A stretch of DNA of 64,000 bases from Fibrobacteria bacterium. Its GTDB lineage: Bacteria; Fibrobacterota; Fibrobacteria; UBA11236. Both the position numbers and the translations under genes were made by a program. This document shows, piece after piece, positions 1-9,987 of the stretch (the stretch's first letter is position 1; each line of letters begins with the position of its first letter). The stretch covers positions 95,180 to 159,179 of the forward strand of contig JAYTSD010000006.1 in assembly GCA_043745805.1 (NCBI GenBank), written 5' to 3'. Below the pieces are notes generated by a model. That model was not told the DNA's origin. It saw nothing but the letters and a program-made list of their open reading frames with translations, and did not search any database.

Positions 1-1737
1 GAGCCGGCAGGTAACTTGCGATATACTATAACCGGAGAGTTACCTAAGGGCCTAGTGTGGGACGCTTCCTCTCATTCCTTAAGAGGAAAACCCTCGGTGG
101 AAGGTCGTTTCAAATTAGTGGTTGAAGTGCGAAACAAAGGAAATGCCAATGATACACAAGGCATAATCATTGCGATACAAAATAATCATGCCCCATATTT
201 AGCCCAAAGCCCAAAGGCTCTGGCGGTGGTGGGACAAAAGTGGTTTTATCATGCTGATGCGGTGGATAGAGATCATGCCGGTGAAACCATAAAAATACTC
301 ACACAACCTTTACCACCAGGCATGGAATACGATTCCATTGCTCGAATTTTTACTTGGATACCGGCAGATACCTTAAGCGGCAAAGAATTTCCCTTTGCCT
401 TGAGATTAATGGATCCTTTGAATGCGCATACTGATCAACGCTTTACTTTAAAAGTTATTCCTGCCAAGGACTTGGCCTATACCAAAGATATTCACATCAA
501 TATTCCTTGGGATACCTTACAAGAAGGCCATAGTTATACTTGGGAAGCCGGAACTTCGGCAGCGGCTTGGTCGGAACAGGGGATAAGTCTTGTACAAGTT
601 ACAGGTGATGATAGTACCGATTATACTGAAGGGACGGTGCATTTAAAGCCCATGCAAAGCGGTCAAATGAAATTGCAATTTCACTTTGAAGTATTGGGAC
701 AACCCTTATTGCAAGCTTTGACTATTCCAGTAAAAAGAAATTTATCGCCTTATTTTGCAAGTACTTTAGGCGTCGGTGAATTTTTAACCGATCAAACGGC
801 CATGTATAGGCCTGTGGCGGTAGATCCGGAAAATGATCCCATTACTTTAAATGTAAGACTTCCTGAAAATAGCCCTCTGTTTTGGAATGGCGTGGATTTG
901 GAATTATATACCAAAAAGCCCGGTCTATATGCCGCTGAATTTTCCGCTATTGATAATCAAGGACATGGAGCAAGGCAGGCTATTGTTTATCGCGTGAATG
1001 CACGAGAAAGAAAAACGGCATGGGCTTTGGAAAATCGACTGCAAGCCGGTTTAAGCACTTGGACTTTAAGTGCTGATTTTGGAACTGGTCGATTGGGCTT
1101 ATTCACTCCCGATTTATCGCATGTCGTATCTTGGTCGAATTGGAAGAATCAAGAATGGCCTTATATATTTTTTGGAGGAAATCTATTAGGTTCGGAAGCC
1201 GAGAAAAAAGGCAATCGTTTATGGATGGACTTAGGATTTACGCTGAGAGTACCGAATGGAAAAATTGCAACTGGTGGTTTATACGGGCGATTCTTAGGCG
1301 AATGGACTTTTCCTGGCAAGCTGCTCACTAAAGTGGAAAGTGAATTACAAGGTTTTGTTCATCAAGGTTTATTACTCGTAGATTCCTCAGGTGTGCATTT
1401 AACGTTTGGCTCGGGAATATTGGAATTTGGCGACAAATATGGTCCGCTCATCGATCAAATTTTACGCGATGCGACCGCGCCTAAAAATGCCGTATTCTTT
1501 ACGCGTATTGAAGGATGGTGTTGGTTGGGATCGGGCTTTTGGGCAGGTCCTGGACTGTGGCGCGAAGACTTTCCTATGGCACGTCGTTTCGATGAAAGAG
1601 TGGGTGGTGGCTTACGCTTTCAAGGGAAGGCCGACAAAGCTTTGGCCTCCAATAGTTTCCGTGTAGGATGGGGTCCGGCAGGTGCGGGTTGGTCCATGTA
1701 TTGGTCGGCGCGCATTTCTTTGAACTCGCCTTTTTAA
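1..1737 (+). CDS. Ig-like (He_PIG/cadherin-like) repeat protein with C-terminal beta-barrel-like region, 5'-truncated by window
   Basis: Frame is open from base 1. Repeats of type LP.G+.+D....+.W.P (LPKGLVWD, LPPGMEYDS..FTWIP) and A.D.+.D.+.+ (AVDPENDPITL). Gly/Trp-rich amphipathic strands ending in Phe. Confidence 0.65.
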   Translation, partial: EPAGNLRYTITGELPKGLVWDASSHSLRGKPSVEGRFKLVVEVRNKGNANDTQGIIIAIQNNHAPYLAQSPKALAVVGQKWFYHADAVDRDHAGETIKILTQPLPPGMEYDSIARIFTWIPADTLSGKEFPFALRLMDPLNAHTDQRFTLKVIPAKDLAYTKDIHINIPWDTLQEGHSYTWEAGTSAAAWSEQGISLVQVTGDDSTDYTEGTVHLKPMQSGQMKLQFHFEVLGQPLLQALTIPVKRNLSPYFASTLGVGEFLTDQTAMYRPVAVDPENDPITLNVRLPENSPLFWNGVDLELYTKKPGLYAAEFSAIDNQGHGARQAIVYRVNARERKTAWALENRLQAGLSTWTLSADFGTGRLGLFTPDLSHVVSWSNWKNQEWPYIFFGGNLLGSEAEKKGNRLWMDLGFTLRVPNGKIATGGLYGRFLGEWTFPGKLLTKVESELQGFVHQGLLLVDSSGVHLTFGSGILEFGDKYGPLIDQILRDATAPKNAVFFTRIEGWCWLGSGFWAGPGLWREDFPMARRFDERVGGGLRFQGKADKALASNSFRVGWGPAGAGWSMYWSARISLNSPF

Positions 1738-1749
1738 AGCTTAGAGGCG

Positions 1750-3108
1750 TTAATCTACCTTAGCTTCTAATTGCATAGAGATACCATTTTTTTTGAGCAT
1801 ATCGTAAAGCGTGGGGCGCGTAAGTCCTGAGACCTTTGCAGCTAAGCTGATATTGCCTTTACTTTGGCGCAAAGCATTGAGTAAAAATTTACGATCGAAC
1901 ATTTCTCGCGCTTCTTTATACGACATGGTACGGAAGGATGTTTCCGATAATTGCAAATCTTCGGATTCAATAACTTGATTAACACAAGTAATAGCAGCGC
2001 GATTTAATTTGTTTTCGAGTTCACGTACATTTCCGGGCCAAGTATAATTTTGAATTTGTTGTTCGGCGCGGCGACTGAGACGCAATTTACTTTTGTTGAA
2101 TTTAATGCGATTGGTTTCCAAAATTCTTTTGGCAATTAATAACACATCGCCGGAACGTTCACGTAAGGGAGGTAAATGAATTTCAAATTCACTGAGACGA
2201 TAGTACAAATCCGTACGCATAGACGTATTGTCTTTTTCCGATAAATTCAATTTATTAGTAGCGGCAATGATACGTACATCTAAAGGACGAAAGAGCGTAT
2301 CGCCCACTCTTTGTAATTTTTTGTCTTGTAAGAAGCGTAATAGTTTTACTTGCAAATTCAGTGGCATATCGCCAATTTCATCTAAAAACAAGGTGCCTTT
2401 ATGGGAGGATTCAATCAATCCGATTTTATCATTATTCGCGCCGGTAAATGCACCGCGCACATAACCAAATAGTTCACTTTCCATAAGGCTTTCGGGAATG
2501 GAACCGCAATTAATGGGTACAAAAATTTCATTGCGTCGTAGACTATGATAATGTATAGCACGCGCACACAATTCTTTGCCCGTTCCACTTTCACCCGTTA
2601 ACAAAACCGACACATCCGTAGGCGCTAATTTTTGAATATGATCAAAAATAATTTTCATGGGATCGGAATTACCGATCATTAAATAATCCTTATTCCCGAC
2701 GGGACCCTGCACGGGTGTTGTCGTTTCCGGAGGACGCTCCAAGGCATTTAAACGAGCCGCACGGCCTAAAACAACTTTGAGTTCCTCAATATCAATAGGT
2801 TTTTGCAAATAGTCAAAAGCGCCTCTATCCACCGCTTGATGACCTAAGGACAAATTGGTATTAGAAGTGATAATTACAATTTTTGCTTGTCGACTTTCCG
2901 TTAAAATTGCATCGATGATTTCTAATCCGCGGTCGGGTTTATTTTCTAGGCCTAAATCGAGGCAGAGTAACAAAATTTGTTCGCGCCGCAGAGTGCGCAT
3001 GCAACTGTCTAAACTATCGGCTTCAAAAATTTCATAGTCGCTATTTAATGCCCATTTCATTTGCTCCCGCAAGCCGACATTGTCTTCAACAAGTAATAAT
3101 TTTCTCAT
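1750..3108 (-). CDS. prsR: PEP-CTERM-box sigma54-dependent response regulator
   Basis: Receiver (LLLVEDN..LCLDLGL), AAA+ domain with GESGTGKE and GAFTGA, Fis-type HTH. 4-bp overlap with prsK. Confidence 0.85.
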   Translation of the reverse strand: MRKLLLVEDNVGLREQMKWALNSDYEIFEADSLDSCMRTLRREQILLLCLDLGLENKPDRGLEIIDAILTESRQAKIVIITSNTNLSLGHQAVDRGAFDYLQKPIDIEELKVVLGRAARLNALERPPETTTPVQGPVGNKDYLMIGNSDPMKIIFDHIQKLAPTDVSVLLTGESGTGKELCARAIHYHSLRRNEIFVPINCGSIPESLMESELFGYVRGAFTGANNDKIGLIESSHKGTLFLDEIGDMPLNLQVKLLRFLQDKKLQRVGDTLFRPLDVRIIAATNKLNLSEKDNTSMRTDLYYRLSEFEIHLPPLRERSGDVLLIAKRILETNRIKFNKSKLRLSRRAEQQIQNYTWPGNVRELENKLNRAAITCVNQVIESEDLQLSETSFRTMSYKEAREMFDRKFLLNALRQSKGNISLAAKVSGLTRPTLYDMLKKNGISMQLEAKVD

Positions 3109-5285
3109 GGTAGAATGGCCTTTAACTGCTCTGGCTTTTGACTAAAAAGTAAAATAATAAAGGTGGTTCCCTTATTTAATTCGGATTGACATAAAAGTCG
3201 TCCGCCCATTTTTTCAATTAAGGTTTTGCTTTGATATAAACCAATGCCTACCCCTTTTTCTTTAGTTGTGGCAAAGGGTTGAAAAAGTTTTTCGCGGACA
3301 AAATTAGCATCCATACCTCCACCATTATCCTGCACTAAAATATAAGCATCGAAGGTGGAAAAAAATTGATCAGCTCCTCCAAAGATGGTTTTTAATTGTG
3401 GGCGCGTAAGGGCATCGAGTGGTCCATAGTTGATATGTAATTCCCCTTTGTATTGCATGGCATCGAGAGCATTTTGGAATAAATTTTTTATAACAAAAAA
3501 TAAGGCTTGCCTATCCATCAGGGCCTGCACGGAATTTTTAGCAGAAAATGCTAATTGCAATTCAGGAATTTCTTTGACACTTGAGCTATTGATCACGTCT
3601 TCTAAAAGATTTTGCAGAGGAAAAGAGGTTAAAATTAAATCCTCAGATTTAGGGGCCATGGAAAATTTATCAATTAAAATTTGTAAACTGGTGGCGCAAC
3701 TTTTAATGGACATGAGCATGCTGATTTGAAAGGAAGGATTGTTTATATTGCGCTCGGCATTTTTAACTAATAGTGAAAGCGTAGCGATTTGGTTTTTAAT
3801 ATCATGAATAATAAATGAAGCTACATGCAAAAAAGATTCAAATTGTTTTTGCTCGATACGTTCTTTTAATACTCGATTTTTAAATAAAGCGTCGCCGATA
3901 GAACTGGTAAAGACCGCAATTAAAGTTAAGTCTTCGCTATCGAAGGATATTTTACGACCTCCCTTTGAGGCTAATAGACCTACTAATAAATCATCGTGGA
4001 AAATAGGGAATAAAGCGTCGACGCCTAAAGTTTTTAAAAGACGATCATGGCGTATTTTTTCGGTTGCCTCGGTGCGGAAAGAATCAACATGAAAAAAATC
4101 TAAGGGCTGGGGATTTTTTCTAAAAAATTCAACGACTAAGCTATCTCCCGATAAAACCACATCATGTAAAGAATCTGCTTCTTTATTTTCATGCAAATAA
4201 AAATTTCCATCTTGCCAATTTAAAATGAAAAAATACGCATCATCTACTGTTACCGAATATTTCATATTTTCCACAAGTTCAGTTAAAGCCCCATCTACAT
4301 TGGCTTCCGACATCATAGTTTTATGCAATCGAAAAAACTGCTCTTGATAATCATATTTGCGAGAATAGAATTGTTCATTTACAAAGCGAATAATATGGCG
4401 ACGCATAGTTCCGGAACCTATGCCGAGTAGAGAAAAAAAACAAACAGAAAAAATGATCAAGGAATTTTCGAAATAATTGAAATCGATTTGTAGCCAGCGA
4501 AATAATGCAGCAGTAATGGCCACACCCAAAAAAATGGCTCCAGTAAGTAACATGGTTGCGGAAGTATATACCGTGTTGCGAGGAATAGAAATGCGCTCTG
4601 ATCCTAAGCGATAACGCAATAGCCCTAATAAGAAAACGGGATAACAAATGCCTTGAATTATCGCAGTAACTTCAATGAAACGTGGATATAGACTAGTATA
4701 GAGCAGGCTTCCTGCGAATAAGAAATTATGTGCTATGGCCATACAGGCGAGTGAAGAAAAACATAGCCGCGCAATTTTACGCTGATAGGGCTGAGCAAAA
4801 TGATATAGTGTTTCGAGGCGATACAGTAAGTAAATACCTAATAGTAGTAGCGTCGTGGGAACGAATAATCCAAAACTGTGAAAATAAAAACGATAAACTC
4901 CTTCATGCTCGGCTAAGGCAAATTGACGAGGTAAAAATGATATTATGGCAGCGAGTAATGCCAACAACTGTAAAAATGTAAGGGCTGAAAAAACCGGTTT
5001 ATGACTTTTCTCGCCCCCGAAAAAATTACGTAATACTTGTAATAATCCAGCATAAATGCAGCACTGCAAAACTAAGAAAATTCGAAAGCAAAAATATTGC
5101 GAAGAAAAAGAAGTGCTGGAAAGATAAGCTTTATCCACCCATAACTGAGCGCTTAAAACAATACCTAAAAACAATAGTAAGCGTCTTTGCCTACCGGTCG
5201 AAGACTTGATTTGAACTAAATATGCCAAGCTCATATTGAGTATGGTGATTAGACTAATAAAAAGGGTAAACGTTATCAAAGCCAT
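3105..5285 (-). CDS. prsK: PEP-CTERM system histidine kinase
   Basis: Multi-TM N-terminus, FYSRKYDY motif, GAF, H-box FIIHDIKN, HATPase (DNGGGM, LFQPFATTK, GIGLYQSK). Adjacent to exosortase. Confidence 0.88.
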   Translation of the reverse strand: MALITFTLFISLITILNMSLAYLVQIKSSTGRQRRLLLFLGIVLSAQLWVDKAYLSSTSFSSQYFCFRIFLVLQCCIYAGLLQVLRNFFGGEKSHKPVFSALTFLQLLALLAAIISFLPRQFALAEHEGVYRFYFHSFGLFVPTTLLLLGIYLLYRLETLYHFAQPYQRKIARLCFSSLACMAIAHNFLFAGSLLYTSLYPRFIEVTAIIQGICYPVFLLGLLRYRLGSERISIPRNTVYTSATMLLTGAIFLGVAITAALFRWLQIDFNYFENSLIIFSVCFFSLLGIGSGTMRRHIIRFVNEQFYSRKYDYQEQFFRLHKTMMSEANVDGALTELVENMKYSVTVDDAYFFILNWQDGNFYLHENKEADSLHDVVLSGDSLVVEFFRKNPQPLDFFHVDSFRTEATEKIRHDRLLKTLGVDALFPIFHDDLLVGLLASKGGRKISFDSEDLTLIAVFTSSIGDALFKNRVLKERIEQKQFESFLHVASFIIHDIKNQIATLSLLVKNAERNINNPSFQISMLMSIKSCATSLQILIDKFSMAPKSEDLILTSFPLQNLLEDVINSSSVKEIPELQLAFSAKNSVQALMDRQALFFVIKNLFQNALDAMQYKGELHINYGPLDALTRPQLKTIFGGADQFFSTFDAYILVQDNGGGMDANFVREKLFQPFATTKEKGVGIGLYQSKTLIEKMGGRLLCQSELNKGTTFIILLFSQKPEQLKAILP

Positions 5286-5343
5286 TCTTTCTAATCAAAA
5301 GGAGGATAACTGTTACGGCAATATAAAAACAACATGCCGGGTA

Positions 5344-7752
5344 TTAAGGCTTAGGTTGAACCTGATAATAATAAGAATATTTTTTGTAACGATTTGGTTC
5401 AAATGGAGAGGTTTGCACGCAATTTAAAATACTGGCTATTTTAATGTCTCTTTCGCGCATGATACTCAATCCTTCGCGCGCTTCTGAAACGGAGGTGTGA
5501 CCGGAACGGCAAACATATACCACGCCATCAGCTACTTCGATTAAAGCAAAAGGCTCAGGCGTAATCATCACGGGTGGGGTATCTAAAATCACCACATCAA
5601 ATTGTTCGCGACACATTTTTACAAAGGCTTTAAACTTGGTGGAGCTTACTAATTCACCGGCATTCGGATTAGAGGCTTTGCGAGCAACAATAACGAGATC
5701 TTTTTGAACAGTAGTTTGGAATAGTAATGTTGAGGCCTCTAAGAATTGATTTTCATTCAATTCCGATTGACTGAGTAATTCGTCAATTCCAGTATGCACA
5801 TTTAAGGCAAAGATGCGATGAATGCGGCCTAAGCGAAAATCGGCATCGATCAATAATGTTTTTTTCCCTTTGCGAGCAAAGGCCATCGCTAAGTTACTCG
5901 CGCAAGTGGATTTTCCATCGTGAGGTTGCGTGGACGTTACAATCAGGCAGAGTTTATCGGGATCCTCGGGATTACGGAAAAAATTTTCACATTCTTCACG
6001 AATCAATCTAAAAGACTCCACATCTTCTAAGCTATTTGCTTTACCATAAAACAATAATAGCGGATCCACTTCACCAGTTAAGCGACGGTATCCGCGGGCC
6101 GTTTTGCGCTCTCCTACTGAACCCAAAGGCTTGAGATCAAGGAATTTTTTCAAATCATTTTTTGACCAAATTTTTTGGAAAAGTAATTGCGACAAAGCAA
6201 AAAAAGCAAGCACTACAAAAAATAGAATCCCAACTGATGCGCCAGCTATAATTATTCTGTTTTTGAAAGAGGGGGATTCGTAAAAAGCAGGTCTAGCTTC
6301 ATCAACAATCGTAACTTTAAAAAACTCGGATCCCGTGGTTAATTTTGCACGACTATAACTGGCTTGTAATTTGTCATATATATCTTGATTGTTTTTGTTT
6401 GCGGTATTTAAACGATCGAGCTCAAGCTCAACCTTCACTGAAGGGCGAAAGGTTCGGCCAGAAGAAGCTGTGCTGGCCTTCACGGAGGCATCCACTTCTT
6501 TTTGCGACATGGATCGCAATAAGGAGTTGTAGGTTAGTTGAATATCGGCGTAAATGGATTCTCTTTGCTTTTGTATTTCAGTGATTTTGGGATGGGTAGG
6601 ACCTAATGACGCTTTAAATTCATTTTCTTTTCTATCGAGTCCCGCAAGCGAAGCGCGCATGATACCTGCTTTAGATTCTCCTGCTTCCACCATAGCGCCA
6701 AGCATTTCTTGTGCCCAAAAGCCTTTGTCTTCACCGCTGCTATTTGGCATTGCCGCCATAATATTCTGTAATTTTTGTTGTGCCGATTTTATGCGGTCGC
6801 GTTCGCCGCGTAATTCCAAGTAAGCTAGGTTATCGCCTGTTGAGGGTGTTTCACCACGATGCAAAAGTTCTGGATGAAGGCTATAGAATTGGCTAAGCTC
6901 ATCTTGACTTTTGTCGAGTTTACTTTTTGCAACATCTAAATCTTTTTCCATCTGTGCAAGAATGCTTACATCTTGAACTTCGGTAGTTCCATAATAAATT
7001 TGCAAGAAATCTTCGCGCAATTGATTCAAAATATCGGCAACCATCCAAGGGTCACTGTCTTTGTAACTCACTAAATAATTATCCTCACCTAAAGCTTTCA
7101 CCATGAGATTTTTTTTCATATTCTCAATCAAGCGGTTAGACTCTCGCATTACCAATTCCAATTTAAAATTGCGTGCGGTATTCAAAAAACTTTCTGTGAA
7201 TTCGAGTTTTAAATCTTTAAGCTCTAAAATATTATTGGCATGGATGGGCCCTTTGAAGAGACGGTAACCCTTGTTCTGTCCAGGGGGTGCGAAAATGACT
7301 TCTACGTTGCGATAATTATCGAAATTAAGGGTATAGACTCCACGACTGAGGTTTTCCCCGTAGGAGATGTTTTTAAAAGTTTGTTTGCGAAAAACATCTG
7401 TGGTATTGATACGTATAAGCAACCCTAATTTTTTAGCCGTTGATTCGAGTACTTGATAACTCCCAAAAATACTGATGATACTCGAACTTTTATTGATAGC
7501 AATATCGCGCATCATATTTGTTTGCGCACCCACCACATTGGGAAAACGTAAAATGGTTTGTGCAGTATAACTTTTGGGTAAATTAAAAAGCGATAAGAGT
7601 ACACCTGTAGGAATAGCGACAATTAACCAGGTGATTAAAAAAGTTATTCGCCTTAACCATAGCACATGGAAAATGGTAGAAAGGCCATACATTTTTCCGG
7701 CTGTGGGTGTTTCAAAATCATCGGATGGGAAAGAGGAGCGATTAGCCTTCAT
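5344..7752 (-). CDS. wzc: Polysaccharide co-polymerase / tyrosine autokinase (Wzc/GumC-type fusion)
   Basis: Two TM segments flank a coiled-coil periplasmic part. Walker motifs TSTQPHDGKST, LLIDADFR, VILDTPP. C-terminal Tyr cluster YKKYSYYY. Confidence 0.85.
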   Translation of the reverse strand: MKANRSSFPSDDFETPTAGKMYGLSTIFHVLWLRRITFLITWLIVAIPTGVLLSLFNLPKSYTAQTILRFPNVVGAQTNMMRDIAINKSSSIISIFGSYQVLESTAKKLGLLIRINTTDVFRKQTFKNISYGENLSRGVYTLNFDNYRNVEVIFAPPGQNKGYRLFKGPIHANNILELKDLKLEFTESFLNTARNFKLELVMRESNRLIENMKKNLMVKALGEDNYLVSYKDSDPWMVADILNQLREDFLQIYYGTTEVQDVSILAQMEKDLDVAKSKLDKSQDELSQFYSLHPELLHRGETPSTGDNLAYLELRGERDRIKSAQQKLQNIMAAMPNSSGEDKGFWAQEMLGAMVEAGESKAGIMRASLAGLDRKENEFKASLGPTHPKITEIQKQRESIYADIQLTYNSLLRSMSQKEVDASVKASTASSGRTFRPSVKVELELDRLNTANKNNQDIYDKLQASYSRAKLTTGSEFFKVTIVDEARPAFYESPSFKNRIIIAGASVGILFFVVLAFFALSQLLFQKIWSKNDLKKFLDLKPLGSVGERKTARGYRRLTGEVDPLLLFYGKANSLEDVESFRLIREECENFFRNPEDPDKLCLIVTSTQPHDGKSTCASNLAMAFARKGKKTLLIDADFRLGRIHRIFALNVHTGIDELLSQSELNENQFLEASTLLFQTTVQKDLVIVARKASNPNAGELVSSTKFKAFVKMCREQFDVVILDTPPVMITPEPFALIEVADGVVYVCRSGHTSVSEAREGLSIMRERDIKIASILNCVQTSPFEPNRYKKYSYYYQVQPKP

Positions 7753-7920
7753 TAATTCTCGACATAAAGTTTAATTCAAAAGAGTTTAACCTTTTGTGGG
7801 TAAGATGGGAAGGATTCTTCATAGGAGCAAAATACTTTTTACTAAAGGAAGACGCAATGCTTACTCAATGTTTAGTTGGATTTCCCAAAATTTAATAGGA
7901 GTAAGTTACTTTTATCTTAA

Positions 7921-8808
7921 ATGCTCAATAAAGTTAAAGCCGTTAATTGGCCATCGCATCGAAACCTCATGATATCTCTCATTATTTTTACCGGATTATT
8001 TGTTGTGAATTATTGGTCCACCTTGGGCTGGATGATTGCACGTTGGGATGAAGAGGGTTCCTATTCTTCCCATGGCTGGTTAATTCCATTCGTAACCCTT
8101 TACTTAATTTATTCCCAACCACAAAAAATTTCGAGCACACTCGATCCTACGCTATGGCAAACAGCCATGGCTTGTGGATTAATTGTCATGGCTTTATTAT
8201 TTCATTTGGTGGCAGGCCTTGCTGATGTATCCTCGCTTTCAGGTTTTTCCATGATCCCTTTATTGGCCGGATTTATGGCTTTACATTGGGGTTGGGCATG
8301 GTTGCGTAAGCATTTTTTTGCAATAGGGTTTTTGATTTTTATGATCCCTCCACCGGAATTTATTATCAGTGGTTTGAATTTCAAATTAAAACTTTGGGCT
8401 GCGGATTTAGCCGCAGGCATGATGAATGCAACGGGACTTCCCGCTATTCGTGAAGGTTCATTCATGCTTTTCGGAGAAGAAAAATTGGCCATTGGCGATG
8501 TGTGCTCTGGATTGCGCAGCCTCATTGCCCTATTAGCCATAGGCGTTTTATTTGCTTGGTTGATGCGTTATAAGGGAAAGAGCCTTACTGCTTTATTAGT
8601 ATTGGCTTTGATTCCAGCGGCGGTTTTTGGCAATGGTTTACGTATCGGTTTAGTGTCGTATTTGGTTTATGGGCTGGGTGGCAAGGTAGTATTTAAACCT
8701 TTGTTTTTTGGGGTGGATTTGCATTTACTCACAGGCTTTTTCATTTTTGCGGGAGCCTTAGGATTTTTATATACCCTTACTTGGCTGCATGGATTGATTC
8801 GCAAATGA
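7921..8808 (+). CDS. Exosortase (EpsH/Xrt family)
   Basis: Multi-TM protein with YSSHGWLIP and catalytic triad motifs VCSGLRS, NGLRI, DLH. Confidence 0.9.
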   Translation: MLNKVKAVNWPSHRNLMISLIIFTGLFVVNYWSTLGWMIARWDEEGSYSSHGWLIPFVTLYLIYSQPQKISSTLDPTLWQTAMACGLIVMALLFHLVAGLADVSSLSGFSMIPLLAGFMALHWGWAWLRKHFFAIGFLIFMIPPPEFIISGLNFKLKLWAADLAAGMMNATGLPAIREGSFMLFGEEKLAIGDVCSGLRSLIALLAIGVLFAWLMRYKGKSLTALLVLALIPAAVFGNGLRIGLVSYLVYGLGGKVVFKPLFFGVDLHLLTGFFIFAGALGFLYTLTWLHGLIRK

Positions 8809-9440
8809 AGCGAGAAAACTTTTTCATTTATTTCGCATGGATTTTTTTTGGCATAGTTGCCTTGCTTTCCCATTATTTTTTATTTCAACAAACGATTACC
8901 GTCGAGAGTAATAGAACCGTAAGTATTTCTAAACAACTAGGGGCTTTTTATTTGGTGAGTGAAAACAAACCTTCCGCTTCCGAAATTAGAGGCCTTGAGA
9001 CTTCGGATATTTTAAAACGAATTTACAGCGATGGTAATCATGAAATTGAACTTATTGTGGCTTATATTGCGCATAGTAGTCGTAAATCGGCACATGCCCA
9101 AGAGGCCTGTTTACGGGGCTCTGGAGCTTTGGTAGGATCGATAGAAAAAATTCATTTACAGCATTCTCCGGTTTTGGCCACCTCTATTTCTATCGATATT
9201 TCTAATCGGCGTTCACGCGTTTATTATTGGTATAAAATTGGACCTATTTATACTTCGGATTATTTACGCTCCAGTTTAAAAATGTTTTTAGGCGGATTAA
9301 TTGGTCAACCCAATCACGGGGCTGCTTTGGTGCGTTTACTGATTCCCGAAAAAAAAGGGGAAGGGGAAAATAATAGTTTAGCCATTGCCGAAGAATTCAC
9401 GTCCAAGCTATTACCCGAATTAGAAAGATGTTTACCTTAA
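8805..9440 (+). CDS. epsI: EpsI family exosortase-associated protein
   Basis: ATGA overlap with exosortase stop, N-terminal TM, HAQEACLRGSG, VYYWY, ALVRL motifs. Confidence 0.8.
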   Translation: MKRENFFIYFAWIFFGIVALLSHYFLFQQTITVESNRTVSISKQLGAFYLVSENKPSASEIRGLETSDILKRIYSDGNHEIELIVAYIAHSSRKSAHAQEACLRGSGALVGSIEKIHLQHSPVLATSISIDISNRRSRVYYWYKIGPIYTSDYLRSSLKMFLGGLIGQPNHGAALVRLLIPEKKGEGENNSLAIAEEFTSKLLPELERCLP

Positions 9441-9453
9441 AAAAGAGAAACGC

Positions 9454-9942
9454 ATGAAAATCTCCCCGATTTATTATACCCTCTGCAAATCGCCATTAGG
9501 GCCTTTATTACTCGCTGCGGATGATAAAGGGTTGATTGCCTTAAGCATGCAAGATGGAGAGGATCCACTAGAGCCTGAAGCTACATGGATTAAAGACGCC
9601 ACTCGATTTAAAACTGAAATAGAATCTTTGAATAAATATCTCTCGGGCAAAGGGGATTTATTTCCTTCGGCGCAAGGAAATTTACAAGGCACGGATTTTC
9701 AAAAAAAAGTTTGGGCTCAACTGCGAAAAATTCCTTTGGGGAAAACCAAAACTTATGGTGATTTAGCTAAAGCCTTGGGAATGCCTTTAGCTGCGCGTGC
9801 AGTGGGCATGGCTTGTGGAAAAAATCCTTTGCCTTTATATAATCCTTGCCATCGCGTGATAGGAAAGAATGGTTCTCTAACGGGATTTTCTTGTGGATTG
9901 CATTTTAAAAAGAAATTACTGGAATTAGAAAAAGCATTGTAG
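9454..9942 (+). CDS. ogt: Methylated-DNA--protein-cysteine methyltransferase
   Basis: SPLGPL, GTDFQKKVW, ARAVG, PCHRVIG active site. Confidence 0.95.
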   Translation: MKISPIYYTLCKSPLGPLLLAADDKGLIALSMQDGEDPLEPEATWIKDATRFKTEIESLNKYLSGKGDLFPSAQGNLQGTDFQKKVWAQLRKIPLGKTKTYGDLAKALGMPLAARAVGMACGKNPLPLYNPCHRVIGKNGSLTGFSCGLHFKKKLLELEKAL

Positions 9943-9944
9943 AG

Positions 9945-9977
9945 TTCTTGCTACTGCACATTGAGAAGTAGCAAGAA
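9945..9977. terminator. Hairpin between convergent genes, probable bidirectional terminator
   Basis: 11-bp inverted repeat TTCTTGCTACT / AGTAGCAAGAA. Confidence 0.6.
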
Positions 9978-9987
9978 AGAATTTTAA

